A DNA stretch of 64,000 nucleotides. It comes from Octopus sinensis (Eukaryota). The stretch's first letter is position 1; each line of letters begins with the position of its first letter. Below, piece after piece: positions 1 through 13,701 of this stretch. The DNA lies in the NCBI RefSeq assembly GCF_006345805.1, contig NW_021836144.1, forward strand, positions 113,822 through 177,821, in the 5' to 3' direction. Under the pieces are notes generated by a model, which was not told the DNA's origin, did no database searches, and worked only from the letters and a program-made list of their open reading frames with translations. A program made the translations under genes and the position numbers.

Positions 1-897
1 TTGTTATATCTAACATTATATCCTTTGATTTCAGATTTGAATAACAGTTATATATTACCCATAATCTTAATTTAACTAAATTTATGCCTTTTAGGGTATA
101 AATAGTTTTCTATCCTCTGCCAAAAATAAGAATCCATTGATCTAAAGAGTGTCACATATCTGTCAACCAAATCTTATAACATGAGAAACTAAGTCATGAA
201 TTCAAACCGTGTATTAGTGCAGGGCAATGGTTTAGGTATGAGTATTATGTGTTTGTAAACATCATCCAAAATGCCTTGTGGTAATTTTCCAGGCCATTAT
301 TTTGGGAGTTCAAATCCCATCAAGGTCACCTCTTCCTTTCGTTCTCTTGGTGTTGATAGATGATGTAGCAGTTCAGAGAAGTAGATTCAAGTGGTCGAAC
401 AAAGTTCCTTGCAATATTTGTTCCAGCTCTATATGTTCCAAGTTTACCTGCCTTAGTACTAGAGCTAAGCCATATTGGCTCTTGCTTTTCCTTAGACCAT
501 CTATTGCTTAGACCATCTATTGCTTTCCTTAGACCATTTCATGCTTTAGCTAAGTAATTGGTGTTCCCACTTGAAAAAAATAACTTTGACTTGGTTTGCA
601 TTCTGGAGAGGTATCTTTTAAATGCAGTTTCATAGTTGAAAAAATGTTTTTTTTAAACTAAATTGTCAAACATACTTTGGATGTTATAATATCTGAATCA
701 CTTAGCATGATGAACACACACACACACACACACACAAATATACAAGCAAACATAAATATATTGCATGCATATAATACATACATATATATGTGTTTGTGCA
801 TGCATACATGCACACACAAACACACATATAAGCTCACACTAGCATGTACATATGTATAATGTTTGCGTAAGTGAAACATAACTAAGTGTTTGAACAC

Positions 898-1062
898 CTG
901 TAGGTTATCTGTGCATATATGAATAGACTTAAATGCATCAAGCATGACTTTCCGCAGCAAGTCTATTAAACTTTGGCAGCAATTAACACAGATATAGTAT
1001 ATTGTTACAAACCGTCTAATGAAGTACTGGTCATCTGCAAACTTCCAATTTCTGCCAAATAT
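898..1062 (-). CDS. Candidate coding exon of an unidentified gene (IFGRNWKFADDQYFIRRF...DAFKSIHICTDNLQ)
   Basis: 55 stop-free codons in non-repetitive sequence, bounded by acceptor ttccttgttag and donor CAG|gtgttc, phase 0-0. The donor is weak and no homologue was recognised. Confidence 0.35.
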
Positions 1063-4000
1063 CTAACAAGGAATATTTGCCCTAGTGATATCAATGTCAG
1101 TCTACCTAACTGGAGTCAGATTTCAATTGCTGATGCATGTCTGACCATGGAAAGCTGAGGAGTATAGAATGTAATTAACTATGTACACATATCAGAATGC
1201 TAGTATGTAGTTTGAAACACTACAACTCAACTATCAAGGAACCAAATGATATTTGGTCAAGATATATTATATCATGCATGTTTCTCTAATACCATGTAAA
1301 ATAACTATGTATGATTGCATAACTAGACAGGATTCTTCATTAATTTCATAGAATGGTTGAGGTACAAGCTTTCCTTCTTCATATGGAAATTGTATCATTT
1401 CATTGACTAATGCATTGGACAATATCATAAATATCTGCAGATGTCACCAAATACTGAACCACATGAAATGGCAATTCAAATATAGCATTGTTGTTTAGGG
1501 GTCAAAAGCTGGATTTAAGAACTTTGCATCAGAAACAAATGTTATCCTCATTTTACAAAGAACTTCCAGTAAAAAGTTTTCACAATTTACACCACGTGTG
1601 CAAAATCCTCTCCAAATTCAGAATAATGGCAACCCATCTGAGAAATGAGCCCTGCAAGGTAGAGTGACTGCTGCAGTGAATGTCATTGGCCATTCTTCGT
1701 GGCAATGCCACCATGATCATTACCATGGGGTATAGCTAAGCATACCATTTGTTCTGAGGGGCGTGGTCTATTGCTCCCTCCTCCTTCAACTTCTGCTGCT
1801 TTACCCCACCCTTTTCTTTCTTTTCCTTTTTAATCTTTCCTTTTTTTCTGTTTCTTTGTATTTAAATATTATAATTTAAAATTTGATCTGTTGTATAACT
1901 GACTTAAGGAAATGCCATATGTGCTTAGTTTTAATTTCAACAAGTAAATTTCACGGGAATTTTTTTCCTTTAATTGTAAAGCTTAATGATGGTTAATACC
2001 TCTGGAGGTAAGTTAGAATTTGGTAATATTGTTCATTCCGGATTAATTTATTATTATTTAGTAATGAGTTAATAAATATCTTGTAAATATATTTGAAAAC
2101 ACTTGCATGTAATCAACCTCACACTATTCATCCAATCTTAACAAATGAGTGATCAACAGGTAAAAACTACACACATTGTGTAAAGCAATGACCATTAAAC
2201 TATATCAGCGAATTACATCCAAATTCATACAATGATTATTATTATTATTATTATCATTAATTTTACTTTTTTACGCTAGACAAATTACATTTCATCAAAA
2301 TTTCTAGTTTCTAAAACTTATAGTGCATTTTATACAGAAAAAGCACTTCTGATCTTTAAAGGGATAACTGAGAATATCAGTTTAGTATATGTTGAAGTAA
2401 TTCAAATTATGTATTTAAATGATTGACGTTGATAAAGCATTAAAGCTTGTTTTTATATGTTTAGGTGCTAGTGGAAAATGACTCATTTTAAATAATAAAA
2501 ACGATAAATAAACACTGATTTCCAAAATGGAAGTCTACTGAAAATTAGTAATGGTAGAAGATACTTTATCTTCATCTTTAATTCGATTCACGATTAATCC
2601 TCTTAGGATACAAGATGTAGCAGGATACAAGATGTAGCAGGTAAATGCTATTACTGAGAAAATTTGATCTCGAGGGGAAAAGATAAAGAACCGAAGGGGA
2701 AAATGTCAGTAAATATCCAAGGAAGACAAGGAAGTATAAGACAGACAGTTAAAATGTCAAGAATTAGAAGTGAAAATGCCAATTTGGGTAATATTTAATC
2801 AGGTACTTTAGATCCTGTAGTTGAATTCATACACCACAGAAAAAGAATGAAATATGAAAACAATGAACAATGATGATTTCGAACAAATGTGAGTACCTCT
2901 ATGGATTTGTCTGACTTGCTAAATTCAATAACCAAATCTCCCACAAATTACACTCTACTCTTTGAAAATATGAGCACACATATCAAAAGTAATGAACACT
3001 TAATGTAATACCATTATCATGGATGAAATTAACTGTGTTACAAAGTTGTTAAAATTTTAAAAAATTAATTAAATAATTTAAACTTATAAATTTTAAATAT
3101 ATATACAAATATATATATATATATATGTGTGTGTGTATGTATGTATATTTTTATATTTATATATTATTTTATTTATTAATTTATTTATTTATTAATTAAT
3201 TAATTTTTTTATATATATATATATGTTTATATATTTATTGGCTAAACTGGCAAAATGACCATTCCGAAATATAACAATATATATATATGGTATGCATATT
3301 ATGTGTGTGCGTGTGCGTGTGTGCATGTCTGTGTGTTTACACATACACACATATACAAATATGTGTAGAGAGAGAGGGGAAGAAGGGAGATATTCTCCAA
3401 AACACAACCCCCTCCTATCATCATCAAACTCTAATGTCACTCTTCTCAATAAGCCCCTGTCATTAATCCTTTCTTTTTCTCTTGCTGGCAACAATTACAC
3501 TCAAATGGTGCTTTCCACATGGCACCGATACGGGAGCCAATCCGTGGCCCTGACAACAATCAAGCTTGGATGTGCTTTCAATATTCCACCACAGCACTAA
3601 TAAAGTAACCATGTAGCTTGCAAGACTAAGATCCGTTTCATGTGTGTGAAGCTACTATAGAGAAGAATGCAGTTTTATGCTAAGTGATAAAGATTAGTGT
3701 ATGAAAGAAAGGCTCCCTTCCCCAACTTCTGGACGGGATTTTTCCTGTAGAAGAGATACACAGCTTATCATTATACAATAGTGGGTGGGAGTAATTAGTG
3801 TGAAGACAGAAGAGTAATTAGTGTGGTGATGGGGCACATATGTATTCATTCAATAGCTATTTTTTTTTTCTGAGTAAAATTGTGTTGTACTTTGGTGGTA
3901 GATACTCATTTTGCCTAGCAATCCAATATATGATCACAATAAGCACACCAAAAACCTGAAATGGATTGTGCTAATTCAAATGGCTCATGGGTATTATTAA

Positions 4001-5466
4001 TTGATGAATTTTGCATCCTAGAAGACATTATTAGTGTTTGAATGGAGCTGGTGAAAAATGCGATTTATGGCTCTAAGAAGGAGGAATAAATTCACATCTA
4101 CTGTTTATGTTTACATTAAATGTATTTTTCTCAATTTTACACAACTATACAATTCCTTCCAAAAATCTGTTTATGAAGGTAAACCAATGCAGATTATCAG
4201 CCGTAATTAAAATCCAATTCTTTGATTATGATAGTTTATAAAATATATGAAAGGTGAAAACAAAAGAATGTAATTCAGAAAGAGATGGTCAAAAATAATT
4301 TTAAAAGATATTTTTGGCTAAGGGCTTTGCTTGAAACACATTCTCACTGAATACAAACTCATTCACATTTACAAACTTCATTGGAGGTGAAAGATTTGAA
4401 ATAACATTTTCACATCAAAAGATTTGGTTGATGGGATTATCAAGTAAAATTTGAATTGCTTTTGGAAGAAACTTGCAGGACAAAAAGACGACCTGAAAGA
4501 AGTATTTAAGACAACACTGAATCTCATAACAATGATATCACATGATTAAGAAACATAGAGTGGTACTACATTGTAAACATGGCCCAATGTTTTGGTTAGC
4601 AAAAAAAAAAAAAACTAACAAAACCTGTAGGAAATAAGAAGAGAAGCTAGGTTTTAAAATGGTATTGTCTCAGTAAATACATGTCCAAATTTCTAAACAT
4701 AGTCAATCTATACAGATGAAAATATGAGCTTAGAAATATACATTATTTTTATAATTTTTATACATAGGACTAAATCAAAATTAAGCTCAACTTATAGGAA
4801 AAACATTTATTATTGATTAGTAAAATATGAAACCAAAGTAATTCAATTCTTTTCAGCCTAAATCATGAAGTAGATGTTGCATGATTTTATGTCTAATATA
4901 ATGATAGAAATAATTGATAGAGCTAAGCCTAGGAGGTATGACATGAACTAAGTGACCTCTCCACATAACATCAGGTGTTTACATTATTTTGAAGGAGTTA
5001 TGAGTGTTTGTTACAGAAGGAAATTAGAGAAAGAATATTGAAAGGCTATTTCTGCAACCATCAGATTTATTCATTTTACAAAAAAAATGTAACAAAAGAC
5101 TAAGAATCAGAACTTCCTTATTGTTACAAAGAGTGTAACTGGTTGGCGTATTTTGAAAAATATTTACCTAGTTCGACAGAGCTGGCTTTTGATTAAATTC
5201 TATTGGGGTGTTTGAATGTCGTGGCTCCTAAATTTAAATTATATTTTTGTTTCTAGTCTTATTTTTTACATTTAAGTACTTGATAACCTCAAATATCTTA
5301 TTCCAGGACAATATTAAGTTATTAAGACCAACAATAATCCCCCACACACACACATCAAATATATCAAGAACACAACAAACATAAATACATCTATGTGACT
5401 ATGTACTTCTTACACATATACCTACACACATACACCTATACACACAAGCACATAACATATAACACA

Positions 5467-5506
<40 letters not shown>

Positions 5507-6916
5507 TCTATCATGTATATGATTTCCTTTGGGTGCCATAGTGCATTCTTATAGTATCATTCTCATCACTTAAAATATTATATATAATTTTAACATGATG
5601 AAAGGAAAGAATGAAAGCCTATATAGAGCAGCTATAAAAGAACCAAATTATACAGCAAGAAATAGTAAAGAAGCTCAGGAATTTTGTTGTAGTGTGGCTA
5701 AATTACTTGATACCCTTTCATTGTATACTTTAGGAAAGCATCAGGCAACTGATTTTATTGAGATACGATATACTTGAGATTTGTTTATTACTAATCTAAA
5801 GATTTTGAACTCCTAGAGGATGCTGGCTTTTGCATAGTACATCAACTTTTTCTTTAGTTCTTTGACATAACTCCATTTTAATACATACTTTATAATTTTG
5901 GTTACATTTTAGTAAAAAGTTCAAAAGTATCTAATCATAAAGGCATTAGCCATTTCAAATTTTGGTGCATTAGAAGTTATACTACCTGTTCTTGGATATA
6001 CATGGGACACCAATTCCAAAAAATTATAAACTTTGAAGATATTGCATGCCTTATTATATACAGATCTGTTCATTCATGTGTTGACCCCCAGCTGCACCTA
6101 ACATTTTGATGCACTGAAAAACAAACTTTCCCATGGAGCCAAATTGAAAATGATATCTGTTGTCACTTCTCAGTTCATATTAATTAATACTAAGCTATTT
6201 TGGTAGCAAAATAACAACAATATGAATGCACTTGATATATGCCATTGAAACTGCCATATAATATTAAATCAGTTTATTTCAGGACAAAATTTTAGAAAAG
6301 GAAAGCATTAAACAAACTAAAGTCTCCGCATTGGCTACTAATGCAAAAGTTTTTCTTTACTGAGTTTGGAAAGTAGGAGTTATTCTATAGTAGCAAAATA
6401 AGAAAGTTTATAAGAAATTCTCATTTCAGAGATGCAGTAAACAACACCAAGTCTTGTGCATGATCTTGTATTGTTCTATTTACCAAAATCTTTGACAACC
6501 ATTACACAGTCAACAATTCTGAATTAGCAGATGATAGGATTTCCTATTTTAACAGTTACTCTCAATAAATGCCAAGTTACATTGAGTCTAGAGTCACTTA
6601 AATTGCTTTGCAGGAAAACTTGGAATTTTAAGCAAAGAGAAAGATTTCATTGGGATATAAAAACAATAGAAGGGAAATATTAGCTAAGGTGACATACACA
6701 CTTGCAAATAGATAACTGCTGGAACCTTCAGTACAAGTGTCCTGGTAAATCTCTCTTTAAGTCTTTAGCATTCAGATTACTCTGTCAAATGTAATGCTTA
6801 TTTATTCATTGTTTTGAATTAATCAAGCATTATCACATACTTTTGAGATTTCAATGATGTGATTATGTATTTCAGGATAAAACATAAAACTGGTAGAATA
6901 TTTGGGCCAGATATAT

Positions 6917-7144
6917 ATTTCTTTACTACCCACAAGGGGCTAAACACAGAGGGGACAAATAAGGACAGACAAACGGATTACGTCGACCCCAGTGCGTAAC
7001 TGGTACTTAATTTATCGACCCCGAAAGGATGAAAGGCAAAGTCGACCTCGGCGGAATTTGAACTCAGAACGTAACAGCAGACGAAATACAGCTACGCATT
7101 TAGCCCAGCGTGCTAACGTTTCTGCCAGCTCGCCGCCTTCTAAT
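6917..7144 (-). mobile_element. Young tRNA-derived SINE with a 19-bp target-site duplication
   Basis: The minus strand has an A-box-like TGGCAGAAACGTTAG, a B-box GTTCAAATTCC and the central motif gcctttcatcctttcggggtcgataaattaagtaccag, with CpGs retained. An identical atatttgggccagatatat flanks it at 6898-6916 and 7145-7163. Confidence 0.9.
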
Positions 7145-7284
7145 ATATTTGGGCCAGATATATTGGGTTTAAGTGCTAAAGGAGTAAACAGATATTTGCC
7201 AAGGAAATTTCACTGAGGTTCCCCTTATCTTAGAGACATAGTTGCACCAAGTAGACATTATCTTCTATTTCATACACAGACACT

Positions 7285-7697
7285 TATATATACATGGCTT
7301 GATGGTTAAGAAGATAGTTTTACAACTACTTGGTCTGTCTTTGCTCCAACTGTGTTGCACATTTAGCAACTGTTATCTGCAACAAGCTCAGGCTATCCAA
7401 AACCTTGTTAGTGGATTTGGTAGATAGAAACTGAAAGAAACTTGTTGGTGTCTCTATGTCTATATGCATTAACACAGGGTGTGTGTGTGTCCTTTTCTTG
7501 ACACTGCATGACAGTTATAAACAAGCATCATCTTCATATACAGAGTGTCTGTCTTTCCTAATGTGTCCAGCCATGCAGAAACAATACCTTGGTTTGAAAC
7601 AGAATTACATCTGGCTATAAGAATTCTGCCTTGATGACTTCTATCTGGCCCATGCAAGCATGGTAAAGTTAGCATTAAAATAATGGTGATGATGATT
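7285..7697 (+). mobile_element. Degraded tRNA/CORE-type SINE with RTE-like (GAT)n tail
   Basis: Shares ccttgttagtggatttggtagatagaaactgaaagaa with the copies at 11485 and 50388. It ends in gcatggtaaagttagcattaaaataatggtgatgatgat, similar to the RTE 3' end at 35066. Confidence 0.6.
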
Positions 7698-8677
7698 ACG
7701 ATATAGCTTTGAAGAGATAAAAAAATCTAAGTTACTGGAGATGTAACATAGAGTTCAAAGAAGATAGGGTGGGCAGAAATGTATTTTTTTTTTGTAATTA
7801 TTGGATGACCATTAGTTTATTTGTTGCTCACCAGAGTACAGTTTGATACCTTCGGTTCTATGTGATATAGAGAATTTGAGTGTTCGATTGTGTTATTTGG
7901 TTGTGGGTGTGTTTGCATGTATGTATGTGTTTGTGCACATGTTTGAATGCGTGAGTGTATTTTTTTTATATAATGAAGCAGATGTGGGGTTGGGGGTTGG
8001 AAGCAAATTCTTAAGGGTGTAGTCAAAATATTTGTCAGTGTGTGTGTGTGTGAGTGTTTGTATCTGTGTATATGTATGTAAATGGAAATTTAAGGGATGA
8101 AAATAGGAAATGAATTTGAAATATACATGACACTGAAGTCAAAATAGCAATAGTTCTCATATTCATGGTCAAGATCATTAAGTTTTGAATGCATTAGTGA
8201 AGTGTGAGTTGAGGTGTGTTAGTGGGCGTGTGACGGTGTGTGTATGTTATTGTACATAGGTAGAATAGCAGTACTGTCTTCAATTACAATTTTCAAAGAC
8301 AGATCTTGTAGAAGGAGTGAGTTGGTGAGAGTGTTTGTGTGTAAGTATAATGTGCATGTGAATTTGTGCGTGCATGCCTAATAAATGGCTGTCTTTAGAT
8401 GAAGTTTTCAAAGGAGAGGGTTGTGTGTGTGCAGGAGTAATGGAATGTTGCGGTGTGTTTAATGTGTTTGGATTTGGTGGTTTAATCTAGGGAGGGACTC
8501 TTTTCTTAATTATAGGATATATTTAATTAACTTTGTTAGAGCTAATTATCTTTAATTTGTTGTAAATTGCAAAATTAGGGTTCACATCATAGTAGTGTCA
8601 TAGGGGTGCGATGCTTGGCGAGTAAGGAAGAGAGAGCTAAATGTGGTAAAATGATGGTGGTAGGAATTTTTAAAGTA

Positions 8678-9222
8678 TTGGGTTGTCCGGAAAGTTCATG
8701 CCGAATTTTAAATGAAAGAAAAAGGTCAATAAATACTTGCCATTACATTTTTAATCAACCAAATATGAACCATTTTGTTGCACAATGCATCTCCATCTTC
8801 CCTTTAACTTGAAAATACCCTCTTCCCAGAATTGAGGTGGTTTCATGGCAAAGAATTCATCAAAGTATCTTTTTACGTCATCCAAGGAATTGAAATTTTT
8901 ACCATTAAGACTATTCTGCAGAGACCTGAATAAGTGGAAATCCGAAGAAGCAATATCTGGTGAATATGGAGTGTAAGGTAACACATCCCAGCCAAGCTGC
9001 AGCAATTTTTGTCAGGTTCCCAAAGCATCAAGTGCCGAAAATGAACTTTCTTATCTTCCATTGTAAAAGGTTACAGAATTAACACAGGTAATAGGAACAT
9101 AAATCTTCTTCCACGAAAAGATAGCTTAAACTGCGCTCTAAATGCAGGTGTAGTCAAATCCTATTTTATGGACTCACCATGTTCTAAAATAAGTCGAAAG
9201 GTAAGCTACTAAAAATTGGCAC
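8678..9222 (-). mobile_element. Internally deleted non-autonomous mariner (Tc1/mariner superfamily)
   Basis: TA followed by TIR ttgggttgtccggaaagttcatgccgaatttt at 8676. The C-terminal transposase (LLQLGWDVLPYTPYSPDIASSDFHLFRSLQNSL...NGSYLVD*) is joined out of frame to the N-terminus MEDKKVHFRHLMLWE. Only the inner part of the other TIR (aaaaattggcac) survives, next to a CA microsatellite. Confidence 0.9.
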
Positions 9223-9620
9223 ACACATATATACATAGATAGACACACACACAAACAAACTCCTGAATACATACACAGTTATATACATACATTTACATAT
9301 ATGCATATGTATATATTCATACACACATGCATGTGCAAATGTATATGAAACAATATAGATAGACTTGAATGGGTAAGAAAATAGAAACTTGCACTTAAAT
9401 ATTATTCATATACAAGGGTGTGTGGGTGTACATGCATGCACTTCCACATGTGTGTACACACATACACACTCACATATAACTGTGCAGAGGTGCAGGATTG
9501 GTTGTGTGAAAGTAAAGGCATATAAGTGACTGAATAATACATTTACTGATATCATGGAATGCTTGCTGGGTTGTAAACAATTCAGTGAACACAGTTGAAA
9601 CAGTATCATATCAATATATA

Positions 9621-9917
9621 TAAAAAGCACCATCCGATCGTGGCCGTTTGCCAGCCTCGCCTCACCTCCATGCCGGTGGCACGTAAAAAGCACCATCCGA
9701 TTGTGGCCGTTTGCCAGCCTGGTCCGACACCTGTGCCAGTGGCACGTAAAAAGCACCCACTACACTAAATGGAGTGGTTGGCATTAGGAAGGGCATCCAG
9801 TCATAGAAACATTGCCAGATCAGACTGGGCCTGGTGCAGCCTTCTGGCTTCCCAGACCCCAGTTGCACCGTCCAACCCATGCCAGCATGGAAAACGGACG
9901 GTAAACGATGATGATGA
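9621..9917 (+). mobile_element. 5'-truncated RTE LINE 3' end or RTE-derived SINE tail containing 63-bp tandem units
   Basis: Ends in ccatgccagcatggaaaacggacggtaaacgatgatgatgat, matching the tail of the RTE at 35066. Units starting taaaaagcac occur at 9621, 9684 and 9747. Confidence 0.75.
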
Positions 9918-11484
9918 TATATATATATTGAAGCAAAATGAACATCATTGCAGCAACAATTTGTGGGAATGCTCAATGTAACTCACCCTTGTTGAAGCTT
10001 GACAAAACCACAACGGCATACTTTTCTAAGGTGTATGTACATTCAGCATGATACATATGCTAATTTAATGTTTCAATTACCTTCATCTCATTATCTATCT
10101 AACCTACATATAGGTAGGCATCTAGAGACATAATGAAGTAGGCAGTTATAGGCATTTGGATAAAGTAAGTGGAGATAAGTGAGAATAGCTGTAGATATAT
10201 GCACCAATGTAAGAATAAGTGATCAGGTATGGCAGATTTAGAAATAATATAGAACATGTAATGCATAAGTGTATGCATACACATGTAGGATATTTGCTTC
10301 AGTATGAGTTCTGTGTAGGAAAACAAGGACAATCCTAATGTAAGGAGTAGCAGACAGTGTGCATTGTTTATGTTAGAGGATGTCAACATAAAACAGAGGG
10401 GTTGTGTATGTACATACATGAGGAAATGAGTATAAATGAAATATAGAAGGCTTAATGCTGCTGCCATATAATCCGTTGTGTGTGAGTACCATTGTATATG
10501 ATGGGGTATAAAACACTTATATACAGGGTTGAATTAATAACAATATTGGTAGTGATTTGATGTATAGGTTCATTGTTGCTATCTTTACCCTGACATTCAG
10601 ATACAAAACAGCACAAACAAAAATTTACACACACATCCATATATCCCATCCATTGGTCTTGCAGATGAACTTTATATTTGTTTGATCAACTGAACTACAT
10701 ACTCATTTAATTATAGTGTAAATGACCAATTTTTCCACAAGCAGATGTAGCACTTCACACAATAGTAAAAACAGTGTATGACAAAGTTGTCCATTTCAAT
10801 TACAAGTATAACTCATCTAGTGATTTTCCATACAGTTTCTTTCTATGCAAATCTTTCTACAAGTCTTAGGTCAATTTAAGGCTGTGGTAAATGATATTTA
10901 ACATGCTAGCATGGAAGGTAGATATTAAATGATGATGATGTATCACAGAGTAGGATTGAACCTTTAACTATACAGCAGTGCTTGCATACATACATAAATG
11001 CAATCAACCAGTGTGTAGGATGTGACATTAAAAGGTGTTCTTTAATGCTATTTGTGACAAAGTAATCTAGTTTTTATACATTTTATACATTTACACAGAA
11101 TGCTTGAGTGCTAAACTATAAAGATATCTTTAGAATATAATCTGAAATAACATGCATGAATATTCTTAAACGGACCAACATTCATAATAAAATGGTCAAG
11201 TTCAAACTAAAATTATGTGGTAGGAAATCAAATTACAGAATATTGAAATAGCTTAACCTGTAACCTGATAGGCACACTAGTATGCCAGCACTAAGAATAG
11301 TAATGCACTAACACACAATCTACCAATCACCCCAAAAGAGTCAGATATACACACTCAGGTTTATCTGTGCAGATACTAACTATATAAGACATACACACAG
11401 TGGTACATGAACATACACCTTTATACAAGAATAAATATATAATGATGCAGGCTGCTGCATATAAATATACATATACATAGGCAC

Positions 11485-11633
11485 AGGAGTGGCTGTGTGG
11501 TAAGAAAGTTGCTTCTGGGTTCATTCCCACTGCATGGCACCTTGGGCAAGTGTCATTAACTATAGCCTTAGGCTGACCAAAGCCTTGTGAGTGGATTTGG
11601 TAGACAGAAACTGAAAGAAGCCCATTGTATGTA

Positions 11634-11688
<55 letters not shown>

Positions 11689-12086
11689 GGTTAAGTAATT
11701 GAGATTCAAGTGAATTCTAAAGAATTCACATGAATATGGTCCTTAACTAGGATGCACCGGAAATCTATATGGTGTTAACCATACGACAAGTGGGGTGATT
11801 ACAAATAGGAAAAAAGCAACAAGAATGGATTAAAATTTCGGTACGAGATTTTAATCCATTCTTGTTGCTTTTTTCCTATTTATATATATATATCATCATC
11901 ATCATCGTTTAACGTCCGTTCTCCATTTGTGTGTATGTGTGTGTTAGTTCCCCCCACCCCATTGTCTGCAAAAGAGACCAACAAAGTACTAGGCTTACAA
12001 ATAATAAATCTTGGAGTCGAGTTGTTTGACTATGGGTGGTATTCCAGCATGGCCGCAGTCAAATGACTGAAACGAGTAAGAGTATA
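11485..12086 (+). mobile_element. tRNA/CORE-type SINE split at its central microsatellite by a 240-bp insertion
   Basis: The 5' half (11485-11686) and 3' half (11927-12086) align colinearly to the intact copy at 50388-50772. The segment 11687-11926 is foreign. Confidence 0.8.
11803..11881. repeat. Inverted repeat with perfect 34-bp arms and an 11-nt spacer
   Basis: aaataggaaaaaagcaacaagaatggattaaaat (11803-11836) is the exact reverse complement of 11848-11881. The spacer ttcggtacgag can pair further. Confidence 0.95.
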
Positions 12087-13667
12087 CCTAGATATATAAC
12101 TTCACAAACTCAAATGTATACTCACATACATAGACTTACCCCCTCCACACACACACACATGTATGTGTCTGTGTGTATACACATATACTGCTCAAATGCA
12201 TACTCAGCATAATAATACTGTTGCATATGCAGTAATATGCATTTTTTAAGCATTTGTGCTACTTTTAACAACATATAAGTGGACACTATAAGCACAGATA
12301 TAAAAACAATACTTACACAAATACACACACTTTCCCCTTTTGTTTTCGCTCCTCAATCTACTGTTTGATATTGTATCACTTCTTTGCCTCATAACCCCAC
12401 CCGGCCAAGAAAAGCTATATATTAAACATTCACACATGATAGTTACTCATCAGCAAATAATTATAGATAAAATAATATAGACACACACACACACATAAAT
12501 ACAACAGGCTTCCATGAGATCTTGTATAATAAATACTAAATTTCCCTTTAAAGTTATTGGTCAACCAGAGACTACAATGGAAGCAACTGCTACAGAGCTG
12601 TGTGGTGGAATCAAACCTGGAAACACTAGGTTACAAAATGAACTTCTGAACAACACAGCACATGACTATATCAATACCTGTTATTTTTTCCAGCTGTGTA
12701 ATATTCAATTTAAGTGTGACTAAGCTAATACACAGTTACTTGCATAATATATCATACATCTTAGACATTGGCAGCTTTCAGAATTGTATTAGAATTGACA
12801 ATTTTGACATCTGCCCAAAGAAATGATAATCAAACTGAACAGATAGGTGAATATCTACATCCACCAATTTTCTCTTTTTGTTGTCAGACCCTTCATATGC
12901 AGAATGCTTGACACTAGGATTTAAACTTTGTAACAGCTATTGCCATTAATATTAATTGTAGATCTAATGTTATTCACCAAATTTATTAGTTATATTCATA
13001 TCAATATTCATAAATAGTAATGGTAGATTATTTTGAGAGTATATTTACATTTCTACTCAGGCACTCACACCTACATATACATATATTTATATATACATAC
13101 ACAAACGTCTGTGAATGAGTGCATGTGTATGTTTATATACAAGAAAGACTGACAGTTTCACTGAGCAATTTACCATCTTTCTATAAAATCTGATTTTCAA
13201 GTATTATTTCTTTTAATATGTTTAGTTTAGAAGATTTTATGATTAACTTAAGGTGCAATAATTTTATATTTCCTTGGAGTAGATTTAATCACACACCTGC
13301 TTTCAACTTTTGCTGCTGTACTGTTCACTGTATAAAAATGGCATTTAATACAGATTCAGGAATAGTAGTTACGTCACATCAATCTTAAAAGTCACAAGAC
13401 ATAAAATTGTCAGCTCATAACTTATTTCCACAGACAGGATCAAATTTGTTGTTACCATACACATAGAAATATACATGCACACATATACAGAAACTTTCCA
13501 TGTTTATGTAACCTCAGGCAACAGGATTTGGGGGATATGAGGTCTTATTTTACTCTAGCAGGAACTTAAAGACAACACTATCTTCTTAACCAAAAGACAC
13601 TTCACAACATTTTTACTGAGATCAAATTACACTTGACAATTTGAAAAACTACAATCATGATATATAC

Positions 13668-13701
<34 letters not shown>

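Noticed and set aside
373-447. Terminal exon VNLEHIELEQILQGTLFDHLNLLL* continuing the 898-1062 exon
   Set aside because: In phase, but the acceptor lacks a pyrimidine tract and the same site reads equally well as a donor (CAG|gtaaac). Too ambiguous to call.
5168-5227. 60-nt minus-strand exon candidate
   Set aside because: It has good splice signals, but two frames contain internal stops and the third ends in TAG immediately before the donor.
7800-8675. Possible Penelope-like remnant
   Set aside because: Too decayed; no RT or GIY-YIG motif could be read.
9621-9770. 63-bp periodic repeats as a CRISPR-like array
   Set aside because: There are only about 2.3 units, the variable parts are related to each other, they lie within a retroelement UTR, and there are no cas genes in this eukaryotic DNA.
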